From: Pecten maximus
Lineage: Eukaryota
Assembly: GCF_902652985.1 (NCBI RefSeq)
Contig: NC_047030.1
Coordinates: 29,078,001 to 29,142,000 of the forward strand
Direction: 5' to 3'
DNA: 64,000 bases
Position 1 is the first letter of the stretch; each line of letters begins with the position of its first letter. This document shows positions 1-12,500 of this stretch, one piece after another. The notes under the pieces are model-generated. The model was not told where the DNA came from, searched no databases, and saw only the letters and a program-made list of their open reading frames with translations. Position numbers and translations under genes: made by a program.

Positions 1-158
1 AACATACTTGCCCTAATACTTTTCACTTCCCAGAGCAGCTAGTTAAACCTTTTTATTGGAGAATTCACTTTTTGCATCATTTTGTCTATAATTTATATAA
101 TTTGTCTAATAAAAAGACATGGTTTTATCAGTATGGTGTCATAGATGGTTCATTGTTA

Positions 159-1657
159 GACCAAGGTGAGCTTATGCCATACCGTGGCGTCCGTCAACAA
201 TTGACTAATTTGACTTCTTCTTCATAACCGCTGATCAGAATTTGAACAAATTTGGTCAGAAGCATCCCTATGGGTAGGGGACTCAAAATTGTACAAATGA
301 TGGAGCTGACCCCCTGGGGGCCTCTGGGGTGGGGCCAAAAGGGGTCAATTTGGAGCTATTGATATAAACGACTTCTTCTCTGAAACCAAGCAATGGCTAT
401 CGCTCATATTTGCCAGGTAGCATCACTATGGGGTGGGGATTCAAAATTGTACAAATGAAGGGGCTGACCCCCAGGGGCCTGAGGGGCGGGGCCAAATGTG
501 GTAAATCCGGCTATATTGATATAAACGACTTCTTCTCTGAAACCAAGCAATTGCTATCACTCATATTTGCCTGGTAGCATCATTATGGGGTGGGGATTCA
601 AAATTGTAAAAATGATGGGGCTGACCCCCCAGGGGCCTGAGGGGCGGGGCCAAAAGGGGTCAATTTGGCTATATTGATATAAACGACGACTTCTCTGAAA
701 CCAAGCAATTGCTATTGCTCATATTTGCCTGGTAGCATCATTATGGGGTGAGGATTCAAAATTGTACAAATAATGGGGCTGACCCCCCAGGGGCCTGAGG
801 GGCGGGGCCGAATGTGGTCAATTTGGCTATATTGATATAAACGACTTCTTCTCTGAAATCAAGCAATGGCTATCGCTTATATTTGCCTGGTAGCATCACT
901 ATGGGGTGGGGATTCAAAATTGTACAAATGATGGGGCTGCAGATGACATGAAATAAACGACTTCTGCTCTGAAACTAAGGAATGGATTTCGCTCATATTT
1001 CCGGGTAGCATCCCTATGGGATGGGGATTCAAAATTGTACAAATGGTAGGGCTGACACCCCCAGGGGCCTGAGGGGTGGGGTAAAAATTGGTCAATTTGT
1101 TTAAACAACTTCTTCTCTGAAACTAAGCAATGGATATTACTCACATTTGTATGGTAGCATGGTTATGGGGTGGGGATTCAAAATTGTAAAAAATGTTGGG
1201 GTTGACCCGGGCCGCCAGGGGGCTGAGGGGTGCGTGGGGCCAAAAGGGGTCAATTTGGCTAAATTGATTTTAACAACTTATTCTCTGAAACTAAGCAATG
1301 GTTTGACTGGTAGCATCCTATTGGGGTAGGGATTCAAAATTGCATAAAGGAAGGAGCTGACCCCCAAGGGGGCAGAGGTCAGGGTCAAAAGGGGTCAATT
1401 GGTCTAAACAAGTTCTTCTCTGAAACTAAGCAATGGATATCACTCACATTTGTGTGGTAGGATCCCTCTGAGGTCGCGGATTAATGCACTTTTTGGAATT
1501 TTCAGTATTAAAATATAACCAATGTACATGTACCCATATAAAATGCTTATGATATATATTGACATAGCAATACCAGCGACAAATATACTTCAGCATCATT
1601 CTTGTTTCATATCTCATGAAACCAGGTGAGCGATACAGGCCCTCTGGGCCTCTTGTT
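159..1657 (+). mobile_element. Non-autonomous Helentron-type (HINE-like) element with internal ~158-bp tandem repeats, 5'-truncated
   Basis: ggtgagct sub-terminal repeat, cgtccgtc stretch, ~8 monomers of ~158 bp, 3' caggtgagc then hairpin aggccc-tct-gggcct then cttgtt; near-identical second copy at 38365. Confidence 0.8.
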
Positions 1658-1784
1658 AATGACATAAGTTCATTTTTGCAGTATTTTAGAAAGAGAAATG
1701 AGAGTAGAATACTAGAATACTCTCATATACATGGGGATGTCGGATAGGGATATTCCAACCTTAGGGATCACAAAACGTTATGAA

Positions 1785-1905
1785 AACTCTCAACAGAGCC
1801 ATGGGTTTTACGACATTTTGTGAACTCTCAACAGAGCCATGGGTTTTACGACATTTTGTGAACTCTCAACAGAGCCATGGGTTTCACCAGATTTTGTGAA
1901 CTCTT
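1785..1905. repeat. ~38-bp tandem repeat x3
   Basis: aactctcaacagagccatgggttttacgacattttgtg. Confidence 0.85.
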
Positions 1906-2889
1906 TGGTGGAATATCCTTCATCATTACTCCAGTAACTCGGATCAACAAAATGTGTTTAGCGATTAAATTAACAAATAAAGTGAAAGACTTTCACTATG
2001 GTAACTTTTAATTGGCAAGTAAATATAAGTCTTTGGTAATTTGTTATTTAAAAGAATACACACTAAAACGTAATATCACAAAGTAACATTTTAATATTTA
2101 TAGCTAATAACAGGCTCAATTAAGAATTTTTTCTAATTGCCCTTTGCCTGTGCTTTGTCTTCCATTCCTCTTTCTATTCGTAAACAATCCTTGTTACCAC
2201 TACTTCTCAGAAAGTACTCAAGAAATAATTCTCAAATTTCATATGTAGCTTCCCTTTGGTCCCTAGTTGCAGCATGTTAGTTTTTGAGACTAATCTGAAA
2301 TCAATATGGCCAACAGACTGCCATCTATGAATTTGACAGATGAAGTTAAATTTGTTATCACTGAAGTTTAATGAGTATTTCCTATGTCATTTATAATATC
2401 TTTGTCGCTTTACATGTTCAGTATTAAGACTGAAGAACTAGTAATATAAAAGTACTGTAATTTGTTGTCAACAATGTAGGTAAACATGAGGACGTATTAA
2501 ATGGTGTTCACCTAGATCCCTGTGTCTTGATATAATAAACACATCCCGATTATTATCATTATAATCAAGGGGCACAACTCTGTTTTGAACTGTAATTTTA
2601 CGAAATCTGATAGTTTAAACTTACAATCCAGATAATTTTGGATAAATACTTTTGAGCTGTAATGATATCTTATTAAAACTAGAAACATAAATGCATTACA
2701 GGTGCACACAGTCTCCTGATAAAAACTCAAAGGTCATTGGGTCAAAGGTCAAACATATTTGGTTATAACATTCTATACAAGGACTGGTTCAACACGAAGG
2801 GACCGCTATAGAGCCTGGAAAAGTAGCTGAAGTTTAATAGTTTGAAATGCTACTCCTCCTAGAAGTGTCGATTTGTCCTCCTAGAAGTG

Positions 2890-3130
2890 TAGATCTTGTA
2901 AGATGTATATTTTGATGCAGATTTTTTGAAGAGATGTAGATTTTGATGTAAATTTTTTGTAGAGATGTATATTTTGATGTATATTTGTTGTAAAGATATA
3001 TAGATTTTGAATTAGAATTGTCCTTGAGGTGAAGTTTTTGATGTAGATTTGACCTTGAGGTGTAGATTTGTCCTTGAGGTGTAGATTTGACCTTGAGGTG
3101 TAGATTTGACCTTGAGGTGTAGATTTGATG
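2890..3130. repeat. Degenerate ~19-bp tandem repeat
   Basis: tgtagatttgaccttgagg and variants; abuts the stop codon of the nested ORF. Confidence 0.75.
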
Positions 3131-3132
3131 TA

Positions 3133-3696
3133 TTAGGTTGGATATACTGTTCCACCACGATGACTTTTACAGTTCTCATATATGAAGATGGCCATGACAA
3201 CTAATATAAGGAACAAATCAATGGATACCATGATGATAAGTATAGATTCAATGGTGTTAAAAACAGCCGATTTATAAGCAAGCATGTAAATAAAGATGGC
3301 TGAAGCGTGGGTTAGAGAAGTGACCTTGTAGAGGAAGAAGAATCTCTGGTAGTGGGCTGCTATGTTACAATAACAACAGCCGTCAAAACACTTTACACAG
3401 CAAAAATAAAGTAAATAAAATACAATCCAAAATCCTAGCAGTCCAGCAAGGTAGATAGGCAGAAACACGTAGACAAAGAATGTACTTAATCCACCACAAT
3501 CCCAGTAAACGAGGAGGAACACAACTGCAGCTACATCAAACAGGAACGACACCAGCACTCGTAGCATGAAGTTGATGATGAGTGACTTTTTGCTAGCCAT
3601 TTGCATCACACGTAATGTCAAATCCACGACGGCCACCTCAATGAAATGAGGATGTGGTCCATCAATTTGGATGGTTTTTATTGTGAAAAAACCCAT
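3133..3696 (-). CDS. Uncharacterised 187-aa four-transmembrane protein, intronless, antisense within the PLOD intron
   Basis: Non-repetitive 564-nt ORF in AT-rich DNA; gccATGg start context; four long hydrophobic segments; Cys cluster YFCCVKCFDGCCYC after TM2. Confidence 0.62.
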   Translation of the reverse strand: MGFFTIKTIQIDGPHPHFIEVAVVDLTLRVMQMASKKSLIINFMLRVLVSFLFDVAAVVFLLVYWDCGGLSTFFVYVFLPIYLAGLLGFWIVFYLLYFCCVKCFDGCCYCNIAAHYQRFFFLYKVTSLTHASAIFIYMLAYKSAVFNTIESILIIMVSIDLFLILVVMAIFIYENCKSHRGGTVYPT

Positions 3697-3774
3697 GGCA
3701 ATGAAGAAAAGTAGCTTACACTTTTGTTTTTATTGATGCAATATGATTAATCCTATCTGCTGGTGTTTGTTTTT

Positions 3775-4095
3775 GTCCCTGGCTTGTACTCCCAATACTC
3801 TACTCTGATTACAAGCTTTATTGGCTCCTGGCTGGTACTCCAATACTTCAGAAACTGATTACAAACGTTATTAGTCCCTGACTTGTACTCCAATACTCCA
3901 GAAACTGATTACAAACGTTATTAGTCCCTGGCTTGTACTCCAATACTCTGATTACAAACGTTATTAGTCCCTGGCTTGTACTCCAATACTCCAGAAACTG
4001 ATTACAAACGTTATTAGTCCCTGGCTTGTACTCCAATACTCCAGAAACTGATTATGATTACAAACGTTGTTGACTCCTGGCTTTTATTCCGATAC
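3775..4095. repeat. ~43-50-bp tandem repeat x~6
   Basis: gattacaaacgttattagtccctggcttgtactccaatactccagaaact. Confidence 0.85.
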
Positions 4096-4108
4096 TCTAT
4101 TCTTGAAA

Positions 4109-4645
4109 CACTGTTGATTTTGAAGACAGTTGTTGATTATTGGATCACTGTTGATTTTGAAGTCATTTGTTGATTATTGGATCACTGTTGATTTTGAAGA
4201 CAGTAGTTGATTATTGGATCACTGTTGATTTTGAAGACAGTTGTTGATTATTGGATCACTGTTGATTTGAAGACAGTTGTTGATTATTGGATCACTGTTG
4301 ATTTTGAAGACAGTTGTTGATTATTGGATCACTGTTGATTTTGAAGACAGTTGTTGATTATTGGATCACTGTTGATTTTGAAGACAGTTGTTGATTATTG
4401 GATCACTGTTGATTTTGAAGAAAGTTGTTGATTATTGGATCACTGTTGATTTTGAAGACAGTTGTTGATTATTGGATCACTGTTGATTTTGAAGACAGTT
4501 GTTGATTATTGGATCACTGTTGATTTTGAAGACAGTTGTTGATTATTGGATCACTGTTGATTTTGAAGACAGTTGTTGATTATTGGATCACTGTTGATTT
4601 TGAAGTCATTTGTTGATTATTGGATCACTGTTGATTTTGAAGACA
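4109..4645. repeat. 37-bp tandem repeat x~14
   Basis: cactgttgattttgaagacagttgttgattattggat. Confidence 0.95.
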
Positions 4646-5402
4646 TTTGTCGCTGGTTCATGTTCAGCCTGTGTTTGGTCTATCGGTTAATGTCTACGTG
4701 TTTATATCCTCACCTAGTTACAGCTATGGTATTAGACTGGTTATACATTATGTGTCCAAATATATACCGGATTGGACACATACATGTATCTATGTGTTCT
4801 TCTATAGCAGTGGCTCATAATTACACATATATATATATATATACCTGTCAATATCAATTACCGTATTAGCATGATTGGTTTAAAGGAAAAAGTAATAATG
4901 GCATTTTAACTGCAATTTTTCAAAAATATTTGAACACCGGTATTAAAGACTTATATAAAAATTCATTACTCCAGTTAGAGAGAAAATCCATCACTCCAGT
5001 TGGAGAGAAGATGTCAAAATATTCAGATATTCATTTTGATGTAAACATTTTGAAAATAATTTTTAAGCTGACATGGTTTGGAAGATGTCATTGTATGAAG
5101 TGTTGTCATCTTAACAAGACAGATAGGAAACTGTACCACCTGGATACTAACTTGTAATAAACTGAAAACAAAACATGTATATAGAAAATATAAACACAGT
5201 TTTCAAAATTACCAATGTTCCAACACATATCAAAATAAAATCATTTGAAACCTTTGATTTGAGGGATTGTAAGTTGAGAGATTTTACTGCCCATGGTCCC
5301 GACATTTAAATGTCTATTGTATTTAATTAATACAAAGAACTGGATATGGTGCCTGCTCTGTGTTACTTTGTTTTAAAACTGAAGAATGGACTGTTGGCAG
5401 CA

Positions 5403-6255
5403 CAGTGACGTGTGTATAAGTTAGGACCGATATATACAATTCTCTGTTTTTATGTCTATCAGTGACTTGTGTATAAGTTAGGACCCATATATACAATTCT
5501 CTGTTTTATGTCTATCGGTGACTTGTGTATAAGTTAGGACCCGTATATACAATTCTCTGTTTTATGTCTATCGGTGACCTGTGTATAAGTTAGGACCCGT
5601 ATATACAATTCTCTGTTTTATGTCTATCTGTGACTTGTGTGAATTAGGACCGATATATACAATTCTCTGTTTTATGTCTATCAGTGACTTGTGTATAAGT
5701 TAGGACCGATATATACAATTCTCTGTTTTATGTCTATCAGTGACTTGTGTATAAGTTAGGACCCATATATACAATTCTCTGTTTTATGTGTATCAGTGAC
5801 TTGTGTATAAGTTAGGACCCATATATACAATTCTCTGTTTTATGTGTATCAGTGACTTGTGTATAAGTTAGGACCGATATATACAATTCTCTGTTTTATG
5901 TCTATCAGTGACCTGTGTATATGTTAGGACCCATATATACAATTCTCTGTTTTATGTCTATCAGTGACTTGTTTGAATTAGGACCGATATATAAAATTCT
6001 CTGTTTTTATGTCTATCAGTGACTTGTGTATAAGTTAGGACCGATATATACAATTCTCTTTTGGGTTTAATAAGTTAGGACCGATATATACAATTCTCTG
6101 TTTTATGTCTATCAGTAACTTGTGTGAATTAGGACCGATATATACAATTCTCTTTTGGGTTTAATAAGTTAGGACCGATATATACAATTCTCTGTTTTAT
6201 GTCTATCAGTAACTTGTGTGAATTAGGACCGATATATACAATTCTCTTTTGGGTT
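5403..6255. repeat. ~56-bp tandem repeat x~15
   Basis: cagtgacttgtgtataagttaggaccgatatatacaattctctgttttatgtctat. Confidence 0.95.
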
Positions 6256-6474
6256 TCTATTTACCGTCTTTATGTCTCTCTCCCTAACTTACACCTTAAT
6301 TGATTTGGTTGGTCATTTAAGGTCAAAGGTTATACTTGACCACATTTGAAATACATCATAAACTTGTGAAGAAATAATTTTATGAATCCCTCTCCTCTAT
6401 GGATGTAATTTGATTAACATAGATCGGATTTGATTTTGTAGATGTTTCCTAACCATATTTCTGTTTGTTTGTAG

Positions 6475-6526
6475 GCACGTTACCCAGAAGTCAAAGCTCA
6501 GGAAAGCCGATTCCTCAATTCTGGAG
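6475..6526 (+). CDS. PLOD: PLOD exon ([17 protein letters not shown])
   Basis: ttgtag acceptor, gtaagc donor, FLNSGG motif, ends phase 1. Confidence 0.92.
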
Positions 6527-9500
6527 GTAAGCTTGTTTTATTAACACAGAAAAGTTGGTTCCTCTATTCAAAGGGCAGTAATAGCACTGGGGGTTAAAGC
6601 ACCAGCTTACATAATCATAGGTGAAGATCCGAGGTGTGTGGTTCAGCGCTCAATACCGGCCATGTCAGTTTGTGTCTTGGGAAGCTGAGAAACAGTGATT
6701 TTACTTTCTTTGAAACATGCATATTTCTGTTTTTTGTTCTGCAGGATTCATTGGTTATGCCAAAGATATTGTTGAAATTGTCAACCACAAGGTGATCGGT
6801 AACCAAGACGATGATCAACTATACTACACAGAAATCTTCCTAGATAAAACCCTCCGAGTAAGTGACTGTTACTTCTATTGAAACTGGCTAATACTGTGAC
6901 TATTTCCAAGATTTTTTTTCACTGTTTTTAAGTATGCAAAATTACTTACCGTATGTTAATCAATATCAAACTTCTAAGGATATATCTTTATACACCTGTC
7001 AAGTATTGACTGGAGTATTATGGTATGTTGTTGTCCGTCTGGTATAAACTTTTGTTTGTTCCGAGATCTCCTATATTTTTCAACCTATTTCTTTGAAACT
7101 TGCAAGGTGTTATAATCATGCTTTGTAGTTTTGTTTCTTTGAACAGAATTTTGATAAAACTATTTTTGCAAAAGTTAATGCCTTACATATTTATATCTGT
7201 AGATCCTTGCCCTCAGTTTTAAACCAATTTCTTTCAAATTTTAAAAACTTTTTTATGGTCTAAAATTGTACTTTCTCAGTGGCATATTGATAAGACAATA
7301 AATTTTGCATTTCAATCTGTGCATTCCCATTGATGTGTTTATTTTTGGGACAGGGGATGGTGTTTATTTTTGGGACAGGGGATGGGTGTATGTTGTTCTG
7401 CCCTGTGGTACGTTTGTTGTATTTATCTAGCATTGGATTATTGCCAAGAATTCTAACACATACAAAAGACTAGTGAGCTGGCAATAATTCATTCAGTTTG
7501 AAGAACTTGCACTGTGACCTCAATCATTGTATGTCAGCCTTACACAAGCTGTTTAATTCTTAGTTTGCAGTTTAGGAGAAGAGGTTTAATTTTTGCTCCA
7601 GAACAGCAATTTATTATCAGTTAATTCTATCATATCAGATCTACCTAGAAGTTGGACCCATGCCACATTGTCATACAAAATATCCGTTCTTACATGGCTG
7701 GCATTTAAACGTTCTACATGTTCTTACATGGCTGGCATTTAAACGTTCTACATATACGGGTAATCAAGTGTCTCTTCCTGGTCAAGTTATTGGAAAGATT
7801 AAAGATTCTCAGAAGTGTGTGTCAACTTGTGGAACGTAATTGATTACACAATAAATGCAGTTATACACCCAGCGATATATACCTATGAAATTTAAAAGTG
7901 ATTATGCCATTATTCCAAAATGTTTGTGAAAAAGATTTTGAGATGAAAGAATGTAAAAAAAAAAACAAACTCAGCAGTGTCCTTTTGATCTTCATTTGAA
8001 TAAGATGATAGAAATTTGGATGATTTTTTTATGCAGATAAGGGTATTTGCCTAATTACAATTTTTTTTTCCTTAGGAGAAATGGAACATCAAGTTGGACA
8101 CCAAATCAGAAATATTTCAGAACCTTCACGGTGTTTTAGGTGAGAACTCATTTTGTTTTATTCTCTAACTCTGGGACGCATTTCAGAACCTTCACGATGT
8201 TTTTATTTTAATTAGGTGAGAACTGATATGTCATATTGTTTTATTCTCTAACTCTGGGACGCATTTCAGAACCTTCACAGTGTTTTAGGTGAGAACTCAT
8301 ATTGTTTTTTTCTCTAACTCTGGGACGCATTTCAGAACCTTCACGGTGTTTTAGGTGAGAACTGATACGTCATATTGTTTTTTCTCTAACTCTGGGACAT
8401 GTTTTCTTCACTAGACTATAATAACTTATTCAAGTGTAAACAATTTATTTTACTCTGTATAATGTAAACAAGAAGCCTCCATTATATTTCATCATTAAAA
8501 TTGTGACAGGTGGAAGAGAAATTAGGCCGAGTGGTAAGTGTTAGGTGACCTGGTTACACTGTTACACTATTAGTCCCTAACTGTCTGTAAGACATTCTGT
8601 TGTACTAATGTTATTATAGGTCACACGTTTGGTTGAGGTTTCTCTGTAGTTTCTACTAACATTTCATGTTCTGGGATGGGAAGCCGTTGTTAATAACATC
8701 CTGATATGAGTGAATGGAGCCTATGATCGTATATTGATGTAGGCTCCAATAATTTCTGGCATCAGAGTTAAACTCCAAGTTGTTAAATAATAACAAGTTT
8801 TATTATCATCAAACCTGTTTTCTACCAAAATATGCCATGTTATTCTCGGACTATTGTGTGAATGTGCTGGTTAGTATAAGTTCATTGATAAACCAGCAAT
8901 GATTGGTTGATGTTTTGAACTTTGACCCAAACTCCTGTTTTAGCTCACCTTCTGAAGGGCAAGTGAGCTTGTGCCTTGGTGCAGCGTCTATCTTCTGTTT
9001 ATCTGTCTGTCCACATGGCATCAACCTTCCTCTTCAAACAACTTCTGAATAACTAAGAGGTCCAGATCGATACTTGTTATTGGGCCTGTAGCATGCTAGG
9101 ATGAACAAATATTGGGCCTGTAGCTGTTTGGGTGAAAGGTTACCAAGTTTGGTCAAATGACCTACATTCACAATCTGTAATAGGAATCAAATGTGTTCAA
9201 ATTGTTTAGAGACTTCTCAATAAACAAGAGACCTGATATTGGGTCTGCTGCATGCTAGGGTGAAGTGCTATCAAGTTTGTTTAAATGAATGACCTTGACC
9301 TAGTTGATGTTAAAGATTAAACCTTTGAAGTACTTCCTCTGAACGGCATGGTGGATTTTGACCAGAGGATTATTAGTGAAGCAGACAATGTTCTATAAAT
9401 CAAGGGTTTGTCTCCCTGGAGGGTGGAATGGTAATACCCAAAAGGGCACAGAGGGACATATCATACTTAGCTTTATTTGAACTACGGTAAACCTCCAATT

Positions 9501-12500
9501 AATTCGAACACGCGGATAGTTCCAACACACATTTTTTCCTAGAAAAACAATATTTTTTTAGCTAGTAATAGTTCGAACTTGTCAAATGAAGAACGCAAAG
9601 TAAGATTTTTTTCGGCAAACTCCATTGAAAGCTCGCGACGACTCGGCCCCGATGACCGGCCCTGAAAAAATGCCAAGATTTAAATTTGATCAGCAAGCAT
9701 GTTTATGTTATTAGATTGTATGCGTGATCATTAGAATGCGTCTGTGATTTAATATATGCCACATATTTTAGCGTTATTTCAGTTTTTTACATTGCAAAAT
9801 ACACCACGCACGAGACAGCTGATTGCAAATTTAGGCCTCGATAATGTATAAATAACATGCGATATTTGTATTCACGCCGTATGGCAAACTAAGAAATCGT
9901 CCGTGTATTTTCACATATAGCTAGTGTTAACTTAGCATTATGATAATTTAATTGTGACTGGACATCTCTTAAGTATTGGCAATCAAGGTATTACCTGAGA
10001 ACCTGCGACCTCACGCTAGGTAAGCAGGCCACGCGAGGTGTCACTTGCGGTAAAGTTGAAAGGATCGGCTGCCCGATTGTGCTGAGTGACGTGAAAAGAA
10101 TTTGTATCCAGTCAAAACAATCCACAGGTGTCCAAATTAGTGATGGATAATTTTGCAGGTATTAACAAGTTTGGTAGATAATACGACTGGGCATATTTAA
10201 AAACAGACATGTTGATGTTCTGACCTAATTTTACCAACATATATCGCCTATTTTTACAGTAGTGCTTTCGTAAACGCAACAGGTTATGCAGACTGCTTTT
10301 GATATATTGAAGAGACCATTTATTACAATAATATTATATAGCGATAGTTTCTGATTCAGATAAAATATATAACCATGCAAAGATTATACTCTACAAATGT
10401 TTAACTTTTGTGTCACAAATGAAACATGTACTGTACTGTAGCTACGCATTAACCGAGCGGCTTCGTGCAATAACCATCATAATTATCGCGAAATGAAGAA
10501 CGTTTAACGATCAATTAACATTGAATTAAATAAAATTCTATGATTTACTTGCTTATAAATGTGCCATTGTTCAGGCTGCCGTTGTTACGTATCAGATTTA
10601 CAATGGATGTGTTTGTGTCTAATGGTTTTACTCGAATATTGACTCGAATAGTTCGAACTCACGCTTGTTTTCTGAAGCATAATTTCGAATAATTTAAACA
10701 GGTTCATCAATATTTATTTAATTTTGTTCGAACTAACCGGAGGTTTACCGTATATACTGGAGAAATGTAAGCAAGATTTTATAATAAAACATGTTTCTAT
10801 GACAACAGGAAATGTTGACCTGAAGTTTGTTGGCTCCAGGAGTTATCTGTACAACTCTAAGACTGGCACCACTCCTATTGTAATCCATGGAAACGGTCCC
10901 ATCAAGGTAAAACACTAGAAAAAGGTTTGATGAAATGTTCGTATCAAGGTAATAAATACGCCCTAGAAATGTTCAAAAAATGTTTGTATCAAGGTAATAA
11001 ATACGCCCTAGAAATGTTGGATGAAATGTTCGTATCAAGGTAATAAATACGCCCTAGAAATATTGGATGAAATGTTCGTATCAAGGTAAAACACTAGAGA
11101 AAGGTTTGATGAAATGTTCATATCAAGGTATTAAATACGCCCTCGAAATGTTTGATGAAATGTTCGTATCAAGGTAATAAATACGCCCTAGAAATGTTGG
11201 ATGAAATGTTCGTATCAAGGTATTAAATACGCCCTAGAAATGTTTGATGAAATGTTCGTATCAAGGTAATAAATACGCCCTAGAAATGTTGGATGAAATG
11301 TTCGTATCAAGGTATTAAATACGCCCTAGAAATGTTTGATGAAATGTTCGTATCAAGGTAATAAATACGCCCTAGAAATGTTGGATGAAATGTTCGTATC
11401 AAGGTAATAAATACGCCCTAGAAATGTTTGATGAAACTGTACATTAAAACTAATTTAAAGATATTATTTTTATATATACCTTTAGGCCAATTTACTGGAT
11501 TTCTTAAACAATACTACCACACTAAATGTGGAAAATTTAGGCTAATGAAGCGGAGATCTTGTGATCACAAAAAATTTCCCCATGCACATCTCCAACTACA
11601 AAGGAAGGTGGATCGATTGCTGAAATTAACCCCACATATATAATTTACCAATCGAAATCGCGGAATTAACCCTGCTGCGAAGATAACCACGTTTACAGTA
11701 TTCAGTTCTAAAAAAATGACCTTCAACTTACTATACTTTCAACGTGTAATGTTGTTCACAACGAATAAAGTTAAATGCGAATCGAAACAATAACTGGAGA
11801 GACAGCCAGTAACGGAGATAGCAATAATGGAGAGATAGAAAGTAACGGAGAAAGTAATAAATGGAAAGACAGAAAGTAACGGAGAAAGTAATAAATGGAG
11901 AGACAGACAGTAACAGAGATAGTAATAAATGGAGAGACAGAAAGTAACGGAGAAAGTAATAAATGGAGAGACAGACAGTAACAGAGATAGTAATAAATGG
12001 AGAGACAGAAAGTAACAGAGAAAGTAATAAATGGAGAGACAGAAAGTAACGGAGAAAGTAATAAATGGAGAGATAGAAAGTAACAGAGAAAGTAATAAAT
12101 GGAGAGACAGAAAGTAACAGAGAAAGTAATAATTGGAGAGACAGACAGTAACGGAGATAGTAATAAATGGAGAGACAGAAAGTAACAGAGAAAGTAATAA
12201 ATGGAGAGACAGAAAGTAACGGAGAAAGTAATAAATGGAGAGACAGACAGTAACAGAGATAGTAATAAATGGAGAGACAGAAAGTAACGGAGAAAGTAAT
12301 AAATGGAGAGACAGACAGTAACAGAGATAGTAATAAATGGAGAGACAGAAAGTAACAGAGAAAGTAATAAATGGAGAGACAGAAAGTAACGGAGAAAGTA
12401 ATAAATGGAGAGATAGAAAGTAACAGAGAAAGTAATAAATGGAGAGACAGAAAGTAACGGAGAAAGTAATAAATGGAGAGATAGAAAGTAACAGAGAAAG

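Noticed and set aside
11490-11700. Possible DNA-transposon end (...ataaccacgtttacagta)
   Set aside because: Only one terminus is visible; I found no partner TIR or TSD.
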